Below are positions 28,596 to 38,933 of a stretch of DNA of 55,318 nt, piece after piece. How positions within the stretch are numbered: the first letter of the stretch is position 1; every line of letters begins with the position of its first letter. The stretch lies in assembly GCA_964577395.1 (NCBI GenBank), contig CAZNYQ010000008.1, positions 1 through 55,318 of the forward strand. Reading direction: 5' to 3'. The position numbers and the translations under genes were made by a program. The notes beneath the pieces are model-generated. The model saw nothing but the letters and a program-made list of their open reading frames with translations, was not told the DNA's origin and ran no database searches. The DNA comes from an uncultured Candidatus Saccharibacteria bacterium. GTDB lineage: Bacteria; Patescibacteriota; Minisyncoccia; JBAYJV01.

Positions 28596-28613
28596 TAAAA
28601 AGTCTTAAAAGTA

Positions 28614-28641
28614 TTGACTTTTATTACTAATATGTTATAAT
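28614..28641 (+). promoter_or_regulatory. promoter of candidate hairpin RNA
   Basis: TTGACT-16 nt with TGn-TATAAT. Confidence 0.7.
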
Positions 28642-28646
28642 CTAGG

Positions 28647-28757
28647 TATAGTTTATTAATAGCATTCTGGGGTTTGAGAATAGGACTTAGATTCTCAGGC
28701 CCAGAATGCTGTTAATAAATATGCTTAAAAGCAAAACTGTCTTAGTTTTGCTTTTTT
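28647..28757 (+). ncRNA. candidate novel small RNA: 30-bp hairpin plus terminator
   Basis: arms 28651-28681 / 28691-28720 pair with four G-U pairs and one bulge; between a promoter and a terminator; no credible ORF. Confidence 0.55.
28727..28757 (+). terminator. intrinsic terminator
   Basis: AAAAGCAAAACT-GTCTT-AGTTTTGCTTTT plus T-tract. Confidence 0.75.
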
Positions 28758-28828
28758 GTCATTTTGAAATTAGACAAAAGGAAAAAAATCAGCTAAGCTA
28801 TAATTGAAATTGTTTTTTTATATTAATA

Positions 28829-29956
28829 ATGAAAGTAGCTTTAGTGCATGATTACCTTGTTCAGTACGGAGGAGCTGAACGAGTTTTAGAAAGGCTTCTC
28901 GAGATTTATCCTCAAGCCCCTATTTATACTCTTTTATATAATCCAAAAGCTCTCGCGCCTGCTTTAAGGAGAAAGCTTTCAAAAAGAAAGATTATTACTT
29001 CCAGCCTGCAAAAATTCCCGGGAGCCAAAAAACATCATAGATTCTATCCACTTTTAATGCCTTATATGATAGAACAATTTGATTTAAGAAATTATGATAT
29101 TGTTATTTCCGATACAACTAGTTTTGCAAAAGGTTTAATATTATCTCCTCAAACTCTCCATATTTGCTATTGTCACACTCCCTTAAGATATGCTTGGGAT
29201 AACTCTCAAGGATATATTCGTTCTTACAAACATTTTTCCTTGTTGAAACCTTTTGTAAAATGGGGTGTTCATTATATTAGAATTTGGGATAGGCAAGCTG
29301 CGCAACGTGTTGATTATTATTTAACAAATTCATATTTTGTGAAAAAAAGGATAAAAAAATATTATCATCACGATGCTAAAGTTGTTTATCCTCCTATTGC
29401 AACAAAAAATTTTAAAAGTTCGTTAAAAATTAAAAATTATTACTTACTGGTTAATCGACTTCTTCCTTATAAGAGAACAGATATTGCAATTAAAGCTTTT
29501 AATAAATTAAAACTGCCATTAGTTATTGTTGGCGAAGGCCCTAGCAAAAGAATGCTTAAAAAAATGGCTTATGGAAACATTAAGTTTTTAGGTAATATTT
29601 ACGGAAAAAATTTAAAAAAATTATATCAACAATGCCAAGCACTAATTTTCCCTCAGGAAGAAGACTTTGGGATTGCTCCAGTTGAGGTCATGGCGTCAGG
29701 CAGACCAATTATCGCTCATAAAAAAGGCGGTGCTTTAGAAACTGTCAAAGAAAATGTTAATGGCATCTTTTTCAGTCAACAGACTGCTGAAAGTTTGATA
29801 GAAGCAATTAAAAAATTTCAAACAACGCGTTTTTCTTGCCAAAAAATTATAAAATCAGTCCAAAAATTTGATGAATCAAATTTTAAAAAACAAATAGAAA
29901 CTTTTGTCAAAAAGAATTGGGAAAAATATAAAAATGACTTTGAAAAAAATCTTTAA
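28829..29956 (+). CDS. glycosyltransferase family 4
   Basis: MKVALVHDYL...GGAERV, YCHTP.RY.W, EDFGIAPVE.MA.GRP. Confidence 0.92.
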   Translation: MKVALVHDYLVQYGGAERVLERLLEIYPQAPIYTLLYNPKALAPALRRKLSKRKIITSSLQKFPGAKKHHRFYPLLMPYMIEQFDLRNYDIVISDTTSFAKGLILSPQTLHICYCHTPLRYAWDNSQGYIRSYKHFSLLKPFVKWGVHYIRIWDRQAAQRVDYYLTNSYFVKKRIKKYYHHDAKVVYPPIATKNFKSSLKIKNYYLLVNRLLPYKRTDIAIKAFNKLKLPLVIVGEGPSKRMLKKMAYGNIKFLGNIYGKNLKKLYQQCQALIFPQEEDFGIAPVEVMASGRPIIAHKKGGALETVKENVNGIFFSQQTAESLIEAIKKFQTTRFSCQKIIKSVQKFDESNFKKQIETFVKKNWEKYKNDFEKNL

Positions 29957-30542
29957 AATAATTAATAAAGAGAAAAAATTAATCATTTCTATCATTGTTT
30001 TTAGTTTTTTTATAACTATTATTCCTATTTTTCTAATAAATTCTAAATATGAAATAAATTTTTCATTATTAATTTCTCAAACTAAAACTCAAGAAACAAA
30101 TGAATTTAAATACGATACTTATTACGCCCTAAAAGCAAAAGATGAAATAGGCAATTATGTAATAGGTCTTTTAAAAAGTCCGGAACAAATTAATAAGATT
30201 TTAATAAATTCTAAATTAGATTTAAAAGATTTTACTCCATATAATTTTAGAATTTTTTTTAGATCCTTTAAGATTTCTTCGCAGAGCATTGGCATAATTT
30301 TCTATTTAGAAAATCCCCAGAAATCAAGTGCTATTGTTAAAAACACAACTAAATTAATAAATCAGGAAATAGAAAAAACTTACCAGCCTAATGAAAAAGA
30401 TACAGTTTTTCAAGTTAAAGCAACCGATCCTTTAATTTTCTTACGAAAAAAACATATATTATTAAATTTCATTTTAGTCTTTATCGTTAGTTTTATCATA
30501 GCTATTTTAATTGTTCTTTTTAAAGAATATTTAAAAGATTAA
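29934..30542 (+). CDS. Wzz/CapA-like chain-length determinant (likely start ATG 29934)
   Basis: two terminal TM helices around a soluble loop; EPS context. Confidence 0.6.
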   Translation: MTLKKIFKIINKEKKLIISIIVFSFFITIIPIFLINSKYEINFSLLISQTKTQETNEFKYDTYYALKAKDEIGNYVIGLLKSPEQINKILINSKLDLKDFTPYNFRIFFRSFKISSQSIGIIFYLENPQKSSAIVKNTTKLINQEIEKTYQPNEKDTVFQVKATDPLIFLRKKHILLNFILVFIVSFIIAILIVLFKEYLKD

Positions 30543-30595
30543 AATATTTGTGTTAAAATATTTTAGAAGTTTTAATTTCTTATTTTTTAAATTTC

Positions 30596-31267
30596 ATGAA
30601 GAGAGAAATTTTACAAATTATAATAATTTTAATTATTTTAGCTTTAGCAGGTTGGGGAATAAGTTTCTTGTTAAACAATCAAGATAATAAAGAAACTTCT
30701 TCAGGTCAGCCTCAAGAAGAATCTATGCAACAAAAAGAATCAAATGAACTACTCTTATGGGAAAATCCGCCCGCTATGCAAATTAATACAGCCAAAAACT
30801 ATCAAGCAGTCCTTGATACTTCAAAAGGTAAAATAACAATTGATCTTTTTGAAGATAAACCTCAAACAATTAATAATTTTATCTTTCTAGCCCGGGAAAA
30901 CTTTTACAAAAATGTGCCTTTCCATAGAATTATAAAAGGATTTATGGTGCAAACCGGCGATCCAACTGGAACAGGTTCAGGCGGACCTGGCTATCAATTT
31001 AATGATGAAATGCCTATTGAAAGAGACTATAAAAGAGGCATAGTGGCAATGGCTAACGCAGGACTAAATACTAATGGCAGCCAATTTTTCATTATGCATC
31101 AAGACTACGATCTTCCAAAAAATTATGTTATCTTCGGACAAGTCATAGAAGGATTAGATAACTTAGATAAAATAGCTAATGTACCAGTTGAAACTTCTAC
31201 CTCAGGAGAAGCATCAAAACCAGTTCAAAAAATTCTTTTAAAAAATGTTGAAATAACTGAAAAATAA
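30596..31267 (+). CDS. cyclophilin-type peptidyl-prolyl isomerase, membrane anchored
   Basis: FHRIIKGFMVQTGDPTGTG.GGPGY, AMANAG.NTNGSQFFI. Confidence 0.93.
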   Translation: MKREILQIIIILIILALAGWGISFLLNNQDNKETSSGQPQEESMQQKESNELLLWENPPAMQINTAKNYQAVLDTSKGKITIDLFEDKPQTINNFIFLARENFYKNVPFHRIIKGFMVQTGDPTGTGSGGPGYQFNDEMPIERDYKRGIVAMANAGLNTNGSQFFIMHQDYDLPKNYVIFGQVIEGLDNLDKIANVPVETSTSGEASKPVQKILLKNVEITEK

Positions 31268-31278
31268 TATAAATAATT

Positions 31279-31314
31279 AAGAGCTTTGTCACTAAAAACG
31301 AAGCTCTTTTTTTT
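31279..31314 (+). terminator. intrinsic terminator
   Basis: AAGAGCTTTG...CGAAGCTCTT plus T-tract. Confidence 0.6.
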
Positions 31315-31408
31315 ATAATTAATCTATCCACTTTTATCTGAAATAAAAATAACATATAATATAAAATAGTCAGTAAAAAGCTGGCAAAGTTTTAGTATTT
31401 AATATATT

Positions 31409-33874
31409 ATGCGACGTTTTGTCTTAAAAAAATTATTTGATATTAGGCCTATTAAAGAAAACGGCGAACTAAACTTGGAATGGATTTTACATGGCAAACC
31501 TTTAATTCAAATTAAAAAAAGTCCTGTTTTTAATATTAGAAAAAGAACTAAAAAGGCTACAAAAGAAATTTCTTCAAAAAAGAAAATAAACAAAACTCAA
31601 AAAATCAATTTTCCTTCTTGGGAGAAAAGACCAGAGGAATCATTTTCTCCTGAATATGATTATGAAGAAATTCGCCAAAACATACTACAAGAATTAGATA
31701 ATCTTGATTCTAAAGAAACACATCTTAAGAGAAACTTTGGCGCTCCGCTTAACTTACCAGTTGAAAAAGAATTAAAAAAAGAGCAAACAAAAATTTCTTT
31801 CCTCAAAAAGATCTTTCCTCAAACTATTAATTTAAAAGATCATTTACCGCACCTTAACAATTTCCGTTTAGTGCCTTCTCTAAAGTATGTAATGGTAGGT
31901 ATAGCTTTAATTATTTTATTGCCTGTTAGTTTCATAGCTTTTAATGCTTCTCAAACAAAAGATTTTGTGATTACATCAGGTAGCCAGGGTTATGAAAATC
32001 TTAGTAAAGCTCAACAAGCTCTTCTAAGATTTCAACCAGAGAAAGCCAATCAAAATTTTCAACAAGCCTATAATAATTTTAATGAAGCTTCCGGCGCTAT
32101 TCATAAATTAGGGGGTTCTTTGTTAGATATAGCAGATATTTTACCATTACGTTATAAAGTTAGCGCGGGCAGAAAACTCCTTCAAGCTGGTGAAGCTGTT
32201 TCAAAGGCCGGTGCCTATCTATCTCAAGGATTAACTCTTCTTGATGACTTGGAAATAGAAAATATTTTTAAGTCAAAAGACCAATTAAATTCAATAGCAG
32301 AAAAACCAAATTTTTATCTTAAAGGTTTTTCAGATCAATTTCAATTAGCTAAAGAGGAATTAACTTTAGGCATCCAACTTTTAGATGGTATTGAAGCACA
32401 AGATCTACCATCAGAATATCAAGACCAATTTGCTTCTTTAAAACAAATCGTTCCCCTAGCACAAGAAACTGTCAATAAATTTGATGATTATTTTAATTTC
32501 TTCCTATCTCTTTTAGGAGAAGAAAATCCTCGTCATTATTTATTGCTCTTCCAAAATAATTCAGAACTTAGAGCAACTGGCGGTTTTATTGGTTCTTATG
32601 CTTTATTAAAAATATATAAAGGACAAATTGATTCTTTAGAAGTAAATAATATTTTTGACGCAGACGGTCAATTAATTGTTAATATTGTTCCACCTCAACC
32701 AATTCAAAAAATATCATCTGGTTGGAGTACTCACGATGCTAACTGGTACTTTGATTTTCCTACCTCAGCTGAAAAAATTGCCTGGTTCTATGAAAAAACA
32801 GGCGCTCCTACAGTAGATGGTATTATTGCTTTAACTCCGGCTGTTATAGAAAAAATTCTTGAAATTACTGGTCCGCTTCATTTGTCAAATTACGACTTAA
32901 CAATTAATCATGAGAACTTTGTTACAGAAGTTCAGTATAAAGTTGAAAAAGATTATGATCCTTATCAAAACAAACCTAAAAAAATATTAGCTGACTTTAC
33001 TTCTCATCTATTCAATAAAATTAGCCAAATACCAAAGGAAAAATGGGCTAATATAGTTTTGTCTTTTAAGACGGCTTTGCAAGAAAAAGATATGTTTCTC
33101 TGGCTCAAAGAAGAAGAAGAACAATCATTTATTAGCCAGCAGGGTTGGGAAGGAAGTATCCTTCAGGCAGGCGGAGATTACTTAGCCGTGGTTCACTCTA
33201 ATATAAATGGCTATAAAACAGACCGCTTTATGAAAGAAGACGTCTCTCTAGATATTGAACTTAAGGAAGATGGTAGCGCTATTCATAATTTAACAATTCA
33301 TAGAAAACATACCGGCGGAAATGAAGCTTACGAATGGTATAATAAAGTTAACTCAGATTATATAAGAGTATACCTACCTAAAGGTACAAAATTATTGAAG
33401 GCTACTGGTAATGATGTAGAATATATTGCCCCACCTTTAGATTATGAAAAGGCTGGTTTTCAGACTGATGACTTGGTAGCAAGTATAGAGAAAACATTAG
33501 AAAAAGATCCTAAAACCGGTCTTGATATTTTCCAAGAAAGCAATAAAACAGTTATAGGGGGTTGGCTTTATACCAGTCCAGGAGAAGAAACTACTTTTAA
33601 TTTAACTTATAAAATACCTGATACTTGTATCGTCCAAGAAAAAGTCGGCTCTCCTTTAAGTTTTCAAGAAGAAAAAACTAAAATTAAATATCTGTTAAGT
33701 GCTCAAAAACAAGCCGGATCTTATGATAGTCCCTTAAGAATTCGTTTAACCTATCCTGATAATTGGCGCATTAATCAGCTTTATCCTCGAGATCAATTAA
33801 TATCTCAAACTCCTATTCGCTTTCGTCAAATATGGACTCAAGATAAATTTTTTGGCATAGAATTTAGTAAGTAA
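31409..33874 (+). CDS. DUF4012 domain-containing protein
   Basis: YLLLFQNNSELRATGGFIG, DANWYFDFPTSA, VDGIIA, YIRVYLP. Confidence 0.85.
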   Translation: MRRFVLKKLFDIRPIKENGELNLEWILHGKPLIQIKKSPVFNIRKRTKKATKEISSKKKINKTQKINFPSWEKRPEESFSPEYDYEEIRQNILQELDNLDSKETHLKRNFGAPLNLPVEKELKKEQTKISFLKKIFPQTINLKDHLPHLNNFRLVPSLKYVMVGIALIILLPVSFIAFNASQTKDFVITSGSQGYENLSKAQQALLRFQPEKANQNFQQAYNNFNEASGAIHKLGGSLLDIADILPLRYKVSAGRKLLQAGEAVSKAGAYLSQGLTLLDDLEIENIFKSKDQLNSIAEKPNFYLKGFSDQFQLAKEELTLGIQLLDGIEAQDLPSEYQDQFASLKQIVPLAQETVNKFDDYFNFFLSLLGEENPRHYLLLFQNNSELRATGGFIGSYALLKIYKGQIDSLEVNNIFDADGQLIVNIVPPQPIQKISSGWSTHDANWYFDFPTSAEKIAWFYEKTGAPTVDGIIALTPAVIEKILEITGPLHLSNYDLTINHENFVTEVQYKVEKDYDPYQNKPKKILADFTSHLFNKISQIPKEKWANIVLSFKTALQEKDMFLWLKEEEEQSFISQQGWEGSILQAGGDYLAVVHSNINGYKTDRFMKEDVSLDIELKEDGSAIHNLTIHRKHTGGNEAYEWYNKVNSDYIRVYLPKGTKLLKATGNDVEYIAPPLDYEKAGFQTDDLVASIEKTLEKDPKTGLDIFQESNKTVIGGWLYTSPGEETTFNLTYKIPDTCIVQEKVGSPLSFQEEKTKIKYLLSAQKQAGSYDSPLRIRLTYPDNWRINQLYPRDQLISQTPIRFRQIWTQDKFFGIEFSK

Positions 33875-33876
33875 AA

Positions 33877-35475
33877 ATGTTGAAACAACTTTTTAAAAAA
33901 CAATCTAAAACAATTACTTCAGCTGCGCTTCTCCTGGGCGCAATGTCTTTTTTAAGTAGATTATTAGGTCTTGTAAGAGCCCGTATTTTTGCTTATCGTT
34001 TTGGTGCAAGTCAAGAATTAGATATGTACTATGCAGCTTTTAGGATTCCAGACTTGGTCTTTACTATTATCATTATGGGAGCAGTGAGCTCAGCCTTTAT
34101 CCCCATTTTTACTCAAGCTCGCCTGCAAAAGAAAGAAGAAAATCATTGGTATTTAGCAAATAATTTTTTGCATAGTTTTTCTTTTCTCGTTCTTCTTTTA
34201 GCTGTTCTCCTAATGATTTGCGCACCTTATTTAGTAAAAATAATTGCTCCTGGTTTTAATACGCAAGCTCAAGAAATAACGATTCTTTTAACAAGAATTA
34301 TGCTCATTCAGCCAATTATTTTAGCTGTTTCTAGTATTATTGCTGGTATTTTGCAAAGCTTCAAAATGTTTTTTGCTTACGCTATCTCACCTTTAATGTA
34401 CAATACCGGTATTATAATAGGAGCTTGGTTTCTGGCCCCTAAAATGGGAGTAAAAGGACTTGCTTTAGGTGTAGTTTTAGGAGCTTTATTACATCTTCTA
34501 ATTCAAATTCCTAGTCTTGTATCGTGTGGTTATCGATATAAGTTCTACATCCATTGGCGTGACAAGCTAATGCGTAAAATTATCAGACTAACTTTACCGC
34601 GCAGTTTGGGTTTAGCAACCATTCAATTAAATCTTATCGCTATTACAGCTATTGCTTCAAGCTTAGATAAGGGTAGTATTGCTATTTTTAATTATGCTAA
34701 TGATATCCAATATGTACCTTTAGGTATTATTGGAATTGCCTTTGCAGCTGCTGCATTTCCAGCTTTATCAGAAAGTTTTGCTGCTCATAAATTGACCGAT
34801 TTTAAAAAAACGCTTAATACAACAATCTTAGAAACTCTTTACTTAGTTCTACCCGCTACCATCTTATTATTTACATTAAGATATGAAATTACGAGAGTTC
34901 TTTTAGATACAGGTCAATTTGGCAAAACAGAAGTTCAATTAACTTCATACGCTATTGCGTTATTTTGCCTAGGTATTCCTTTTCAAAGTTTAGTACCTCT
35001 TTTATCACGTGCTTTTTTTGCGCTCCAAAATACCCTTATCCCTGTTATCATTAATTTAATTACTGTGGGAATAAATATTAGCTTAGCTATTTGGTTAGTT
35101 AATATAGCAAAATTTACACAATTTTTTAATTTAAAAGGTGATACTCGGCTCCTGGGTCTTCCCTTGGCTTTTTCTTTAGCAGGAATTATTAATGTATTAA
35201 TTTTATCTTTGGCTTTGAATATAAAATTAAAAAATCTCAAGAATAATAAAAATTTAACTTCAATTTTTAAATTTATTCTATTATCTTTAATATTATTACT
35301 ATCAAGCTTAGTTATGAAAAATTACTTATATAATATTTTTGATATAACTCAGGTAAAAGATAACTTTATTGTTGGATTTTTGTCGGGAAGCTTAGCATTA
35401 GCTATGTATTTCTATTTGAGTTATCTTTTTAAGATACAAGAGATAAAAAGTATTTTAAAGGTATTGAAAAGATAA
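33877..35475 (+). CDS. murJ: lipid II flippase
   Basis: SRLLGLVR, AAFRIPD, SAFIPIF, R.FFALQNT..P; about 14 TM. Confidence 0.93.
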   Translation: MLKQLFKKQSKTITSAALLLGAMSFLSRLLGLVRARIFAYRFGASQELDMYYAAFRIPDLVFTIIIMGAVSSAFIPIFTQARLQKKEENHWYLANNFLHSFSFLVLLLAVLLMICAPYLVKIIAPGFNTQAQEITILLTRIMLIQPIILAVSSIIAGILQSFKMFFAYAISPLMYNTGIIIGAWFLAPKMGVKGLALGVVLGALLHLLIQIPSLVSCGYRYKFYIHWRDKLMRKIIRLTLPRSLGLATIQLNLIAITAIASSLDKGSIAIFNYANDIQYVPLGIIGIAFAAAAFPALSESFAAHKLTDFKKTLNTTILETLYLVLPATILLFTLRYEITRVLLDTGQFGKTEVQLTSYAIALFCLGIPFQSLVPLLSRAFFALQNTLIPVIINLITVGINISLAIWLVNIAKFTQFFNLKGDTRLLGLPLAFSLAGIINVLILSLALNIKLKNLKNNKNLTSIFKFILLSLILLLSSLVMKNYLYNIFDITQVKDNFIVGFLSGSLALAMYFYLSYLFKIQEIKSILKVLKR

Positions 35476-35477
35476 GT

Positions 35478-37277
35478 ATGTTAGATAACACTCGTAATTT
35501 TTGCATCATCGCTCATATCGATCACGGAAAATCAACTTTAGCTGATCGTTTTTTAGAATTGACTGAAACAATTTCAAAAAATAAAATGCAAGACCAATTT
35601 CTTGATTCCATGGATCTTGAAAGAGAGAGAGGTATTACGATTAAAATGCAACCCGTAAGAATGATTTGGAAGTCGCAAATTAAAAATTCAAATTTTATTC
35701 TTAATCTCATTGATACTCCAGGTCATATGGACTTCTCTTATGAAGTTGAAAGATCTTTAGCAGCTGTTGAAGGAGCCATTCTTTTAATCGATGCCTCAAA
35801 AGGCATTCAAGCTCAAACACTTGCTAACTTAAAACTAGCTCAAAAACAAAACTTAAAAATTATTCCTGTGTTAAACAAAATTGACTTACCAGTTGCTCAA
35901 GAAAATATTCCAACAATTAAGCAAGAAATCCAAAAATTGCTTAATGAGCCTGAAGTTTTAACAATTTCAGCTAAGCAAGGAACTGGCATTCAAGAAGTGC
36001 TTGAAAAAATAATTCAAAAAATTCCCTCACCTCGAAAAAGCTCCTTAGGAAAGCCTTTTAAGGCGTTAATTTTTGACTCAATTTATGACAAGTATAAAGG
36101 TGTTATTGCCTATATCCGTGTTTTAAACGGTCAAATTAAAAAAGGAGAAGCTGTTAAACTTCTAAATATTCAAAAAGAGACTGAAATTATTGAAACTGGC
36201 TATTTTGCGCCCGACTTAATCGAAAAAGAGCAAATCAAAGCTGGTGATATTGCCTATGTTGCTACTGGCTTAAAAAACAGTCAAACAGTCAGAGTAGGAG
36301 AAACAATCGTGGCAAAAAACAATCAAGCTACTTCTCCTATACCAGGCTATCGCGAGCCGGAACCATTTGTTTTTGCCCATATTTTCCCGACAACCATGAA
36401 AAGCTTTCCTCAATTGAAGGATAGCTTAGAGAAACTTCATCTAAATGACTTTTCTTTCTATTATGCTCCGATTAATCACCCTGTTTTAGGAAGAGGTTTT
36501 AAGGCTGGTTTTCTAGGTATGCTACATTTAGAAATCGTTTTTGAAAGATTAAAAAGAGAGTACGATACTAAAATAATGCTAACTTCCCCTAGTGTTATTT
36601 ATCATGTTATAACTAACCAAGATAATAAAATAGAAATTTCTTCAGCCCAAGAGATGCCTGATCTCAATAATATTAAAATGATAAAAGAACCTTGGGTAGA
36701 TTTAGAAGTTCTATCTCCTATTAAATATACTAGTAAAATACATGAGTTACTTAGCCAAAGCAGAGGAGAGTTTCAAGATACTCAAATATTTTCAACTAAA
36801 GAAACTTTTATTCGCTATTATGTTCCTCTAGCAGAAATTATTGAAGATTTCCTTAATCAGCTCAAAAGCATTTCACAAGGTTTCGCATCTTTTAGTTATA
36901 AACCTTTAGATTATAGGAAGGTTGATCTTGTAAAATTGGATTTTGCGATTGTCAATGAAGTTAAACCCTCTTTATCTAAGCTTGTGCCACAGAAAAAAGC
37001 CTACCAAATAGCAAGAAGCTTCTTATCACGTTTAAAAAACAATTTACCTCAACAACAATTTGCTCAAGCTTTACAAGCAAAAATTGGCTCTAAGGTAATT
37101 GCTCGTGAGGATATTAGCGCTGCTAGAAAAGATGTTACAGCGGCTCTTTATGGGGGAGACTTTACCCGTAAAAAGAAACTTCTTGTTAAGCAACGTAAAG
37201 GCAAAAAAAAGCTTTTGAAAAAAGCTTCTGTTAGAATACCCGAAGAGGTTTATCTTAAAGTTTTGAAGAAAAAATAG
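35478..37277 (+). CDS. lepA: elongation factor 4
   Basis: RNFCIIAHIDHGKSTLADR, ERERGITIK, GFLGMLH, RKDVTA.LYGGD..RKKKLL. Confidence 0.97.
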   Translation: MLDNTRNFCIIAHIDHGKSTLADRFLELTETISKNKMQDQFLDSMDLERERGITIKMQPVRMIWKSQIKNSNFILNLIDTPGHMDFSYEVERSLAAVEGAILLIDASKGIQAQTLANLKLAQKQNLKIIPVLNKIDLPVAQENIPTIKQEIQKLLNEPEVLTISAKQGTGIQEVLEKIIQKIPSPRKSSLGKPFKALIFDSIYDKYKGVIAYIRVLNGQIKKGEAVKLLNIQKETEIIETGYFAPDLIEKEQIKAGDIAYVATGLKNSQTVRVGETIVAKNNQATSPIPGYREPEPFVFAHIFPTTMKSFPQLKDSLEKLHLNDFSFYYAPINHPVLGRGFKAGFLGMLHLEIVFERLKREYDTKIMLTSPSVIYHVITNQDNKIEISSAQEMPDLNNIKMIKEPWVDLEVLSPIKYTSKIHELLSQSRGEFQDTQIFSTKETFIRYYVPLAEIIEDFLNQLKSISQGFASFSYKPLDYRKVDLVKLDFAIVNEVKPSLSKLVPQKKAYQIARSFLSRLKNNLPQQQFAQALQAKIGSKVIAREDISAARKDVTAALYGGDFTRKKKLLVKQRKGKKKLLKKASVRIPEEVYLKVLKKK

Positions 37278-37284
37278 CTTTACT

Positions 37285-38325
37285 TCATATTTTATTCCAA
37301 GCCTCTTGGAGTTCTGCTTCGCTGAAAATGCCTTGCAAAACTTCAAAGAAAATTTTTTGTTTAACTGTTTTATCCAGCAATTTATCAGGTCCGCCAGCCT
37401 GTTTTTTTTCTTGCCAATGATTAAAAATATTTACAACATCTCGCATGTTTATTTGAACTAAAACAATGTCTTCTAAATATTTTTCTTGAGCTTGATAGAA
37501 TTGCTTTCTTTTGGCTAACTGTTCTCTTTTTCTCTTTAACACATCTTCATGAGGATTAATGGTAAATTGAATCCCTAATTCGCGAAATTGTTCAGATTGG
37601 TGATCTTCATTAGGCTGCTCTAAGGGTTCAATATTAACATTTCTTAAGTGAGGACTTCTTAAAATTAAAAAATCAATTTTTTCTTCAACATCTTGGTAAA
37701 TATCCGTTTCTAAAACTTTAAAATCTAAATTATAATCATAGCTTAATTTTTTTAAAAAATTTTTCACCAATTTTTCAGCAATCAAACCAGCTTGTTTAGT
37801 TTCTTGATCAGACGCTAATCTTTCTCTATTTTTTCTATATATTTCTGTCTTTCGACTATCACGTCCGAAAGATTCCTGATTAAAGGCAATTTGTTGATCA
37901 AGCAAGTCCCTTAATTGATGTTTAGCTTCTTCAACTAAATATTTTTTTCTTAAGTGTCTTGGAACCGTATTAATGTCAAGACTGTATTTAATTCCCCAAT
38001 CACCATCAGTTAAAAGCTCTCCTCTGGTAATTATTTCTTTATGGCCATCCTGGTCTTCTGAATACATCTGACCATTTTCTATCCAAGCTCTTCTTCGTTG
38101 TTTTTGTTTTTCAATATGTTCTTCAGGATTATCGATATTACTAAGATCTTGCCTTAATGTTTCCATAATAGCTTGTTTCTTTCTTTGAAGTTCAAGAATA
38201 TTATCTTGACCTTCCGAATCAAGACTTAAATTATTAAGCAATGTTTGTAATTCTTCATCTACTTCAAAATCTCCCTTAATAGTTTCATTCAGTTCATTTA
38301 AATTTTTTTCAAATGATTCCTTCAT
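37285..38325 (-). CDS. hypothetical protein with possible PD-(D/E)XK-like C-terminal domain
   Basis: G.IAEK...QDVEEKIDFLI...GIQFT pattern after coiled-coil N-terminus. Confidence 0.55.
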   Translation of the reverse strand: MKESFEKNLNELNETIKGDFEVDEELQTLLNNLSLDSEGQDNILELQRKKQAIMETLRQDLSNIDNPEEHIEKQKQRRRAWIENGQMYSEDQDGHKEIITRGELLTDGDWGIKYSLDINTVPRHLRKKYLVEEAKHQLRDLLDQQIAFNQESFGRDSRKTEIYRKNRERLASDQETKQAGLIAEKLVKNFLKKLSYDYNLDFKVLETDIYQDVEEKIDFLILRSPHLRNVNIEPLEQPNEDHQSEQFRELGIQFTINPHEDVLKRKREQLAKRKQFYQAQEKYLEDIVLVQINMRDVVNIFNHWQEKKQAGGPDKLLDKTVKQKIFFEVLQGIFSEAELQEAWNKI

Positions 38326-38330
38326 AAATA

Positions 38331-38804
38331 TTATTTATTGAGCCACCAAAGAGCAAAATTAAGCACTCCAGCAAATGTTGTCCATAGAAGATAAGGAATA
38401 AGCAAAAGGCCAGCATCTGTCTTGATGCAATAAAATTTAAAAATATTAAGCCAAATTAATAACCAGAGAATAGTTAATTCAATAAAAGCAAAAAGAGGCA
38501 AACGTAAGAAAAAGAAAAGAAATGACCATAAAAAATTAAAAGCAAGCTGAATAGCAAAAATATGGAGAGCTTGCTTCTTGTTTTCATTTTGAGATGTCCA
38601 AACAAGATAAAGAGCTAAACCCATTAAGAAATACAGTAGAGTCCAAGCTGGCATAAAAAGCCAAGCAGGAGGATTAAAAGACGGTTTGGTGAGCTGAACA
38701 TACCAAGTCCTTACAGAAGAACTTGTCGCTAATCCTGCTAAGATACCTACAGCTTGAGGAATTAAAAGAGAAGTTAGAAGGAGAGATAATTTCTTTTTAT
38801 TCAT
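38331..38804 (-). CDS. tspO: TspO/MBR tryptophan-rich sensory protein (start ATG 38804)
   Basis: WY..L.KPSFNPPAWLF.PAWT.LY, QL.FN.LWS.LFF, L.PYLLW..FA..LN. Confidence 0.92.
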   Translation of the reverse strand: MNKKKLSLLLTSLLIPQAVGILAGLATSSSVRTWYVQLTKPSFNPPAWLFMPAWTLLYFLMGLALYLVWTSQNENKKQALHIFAIQLAFNFLWSFLFFFLRLPLFAFIELTILWLLIWLNIFKFYCIKTDAGLLLIPYLLWTTFAGVLNFALWWLNK

Positions 38805-38818
38805 GTTAGAGAGGAATA

Positions 38819-38891
38819 AGCCAGCGGCCGGAATCGAACCGACGACCTTAGCTTTACGAAAGCTCTGCTCTACCAACTGAGCTACGCTGGC
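38819..38891 (-). tRNA. tRNA-Thr(CGT)
   Basis: GCCAGCG acceptor, D-arm GCTCAGTTGGTAGAGC, loop TT-CGT-AA, T-loop TTCGATT; CCA not encoded. Confidence 0.93.
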
Positions 38892-38933
38892 TTTTAAAAA
38901 TTAATTTGCTCTTCAAAATCTTTATTGTTAAAA

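Noticed and set aside
28721-28807. 28-codon ORF MLKSKTV... after the hairpin
   Set aside because: Runs through the terminator and next promoter, no SD, start partly buried in the stem
38805-38876. N-terminal extension of tspO in ORF track
   Set aside because: Overlaps tRNA-Thr; ATG 38804 fits the family length
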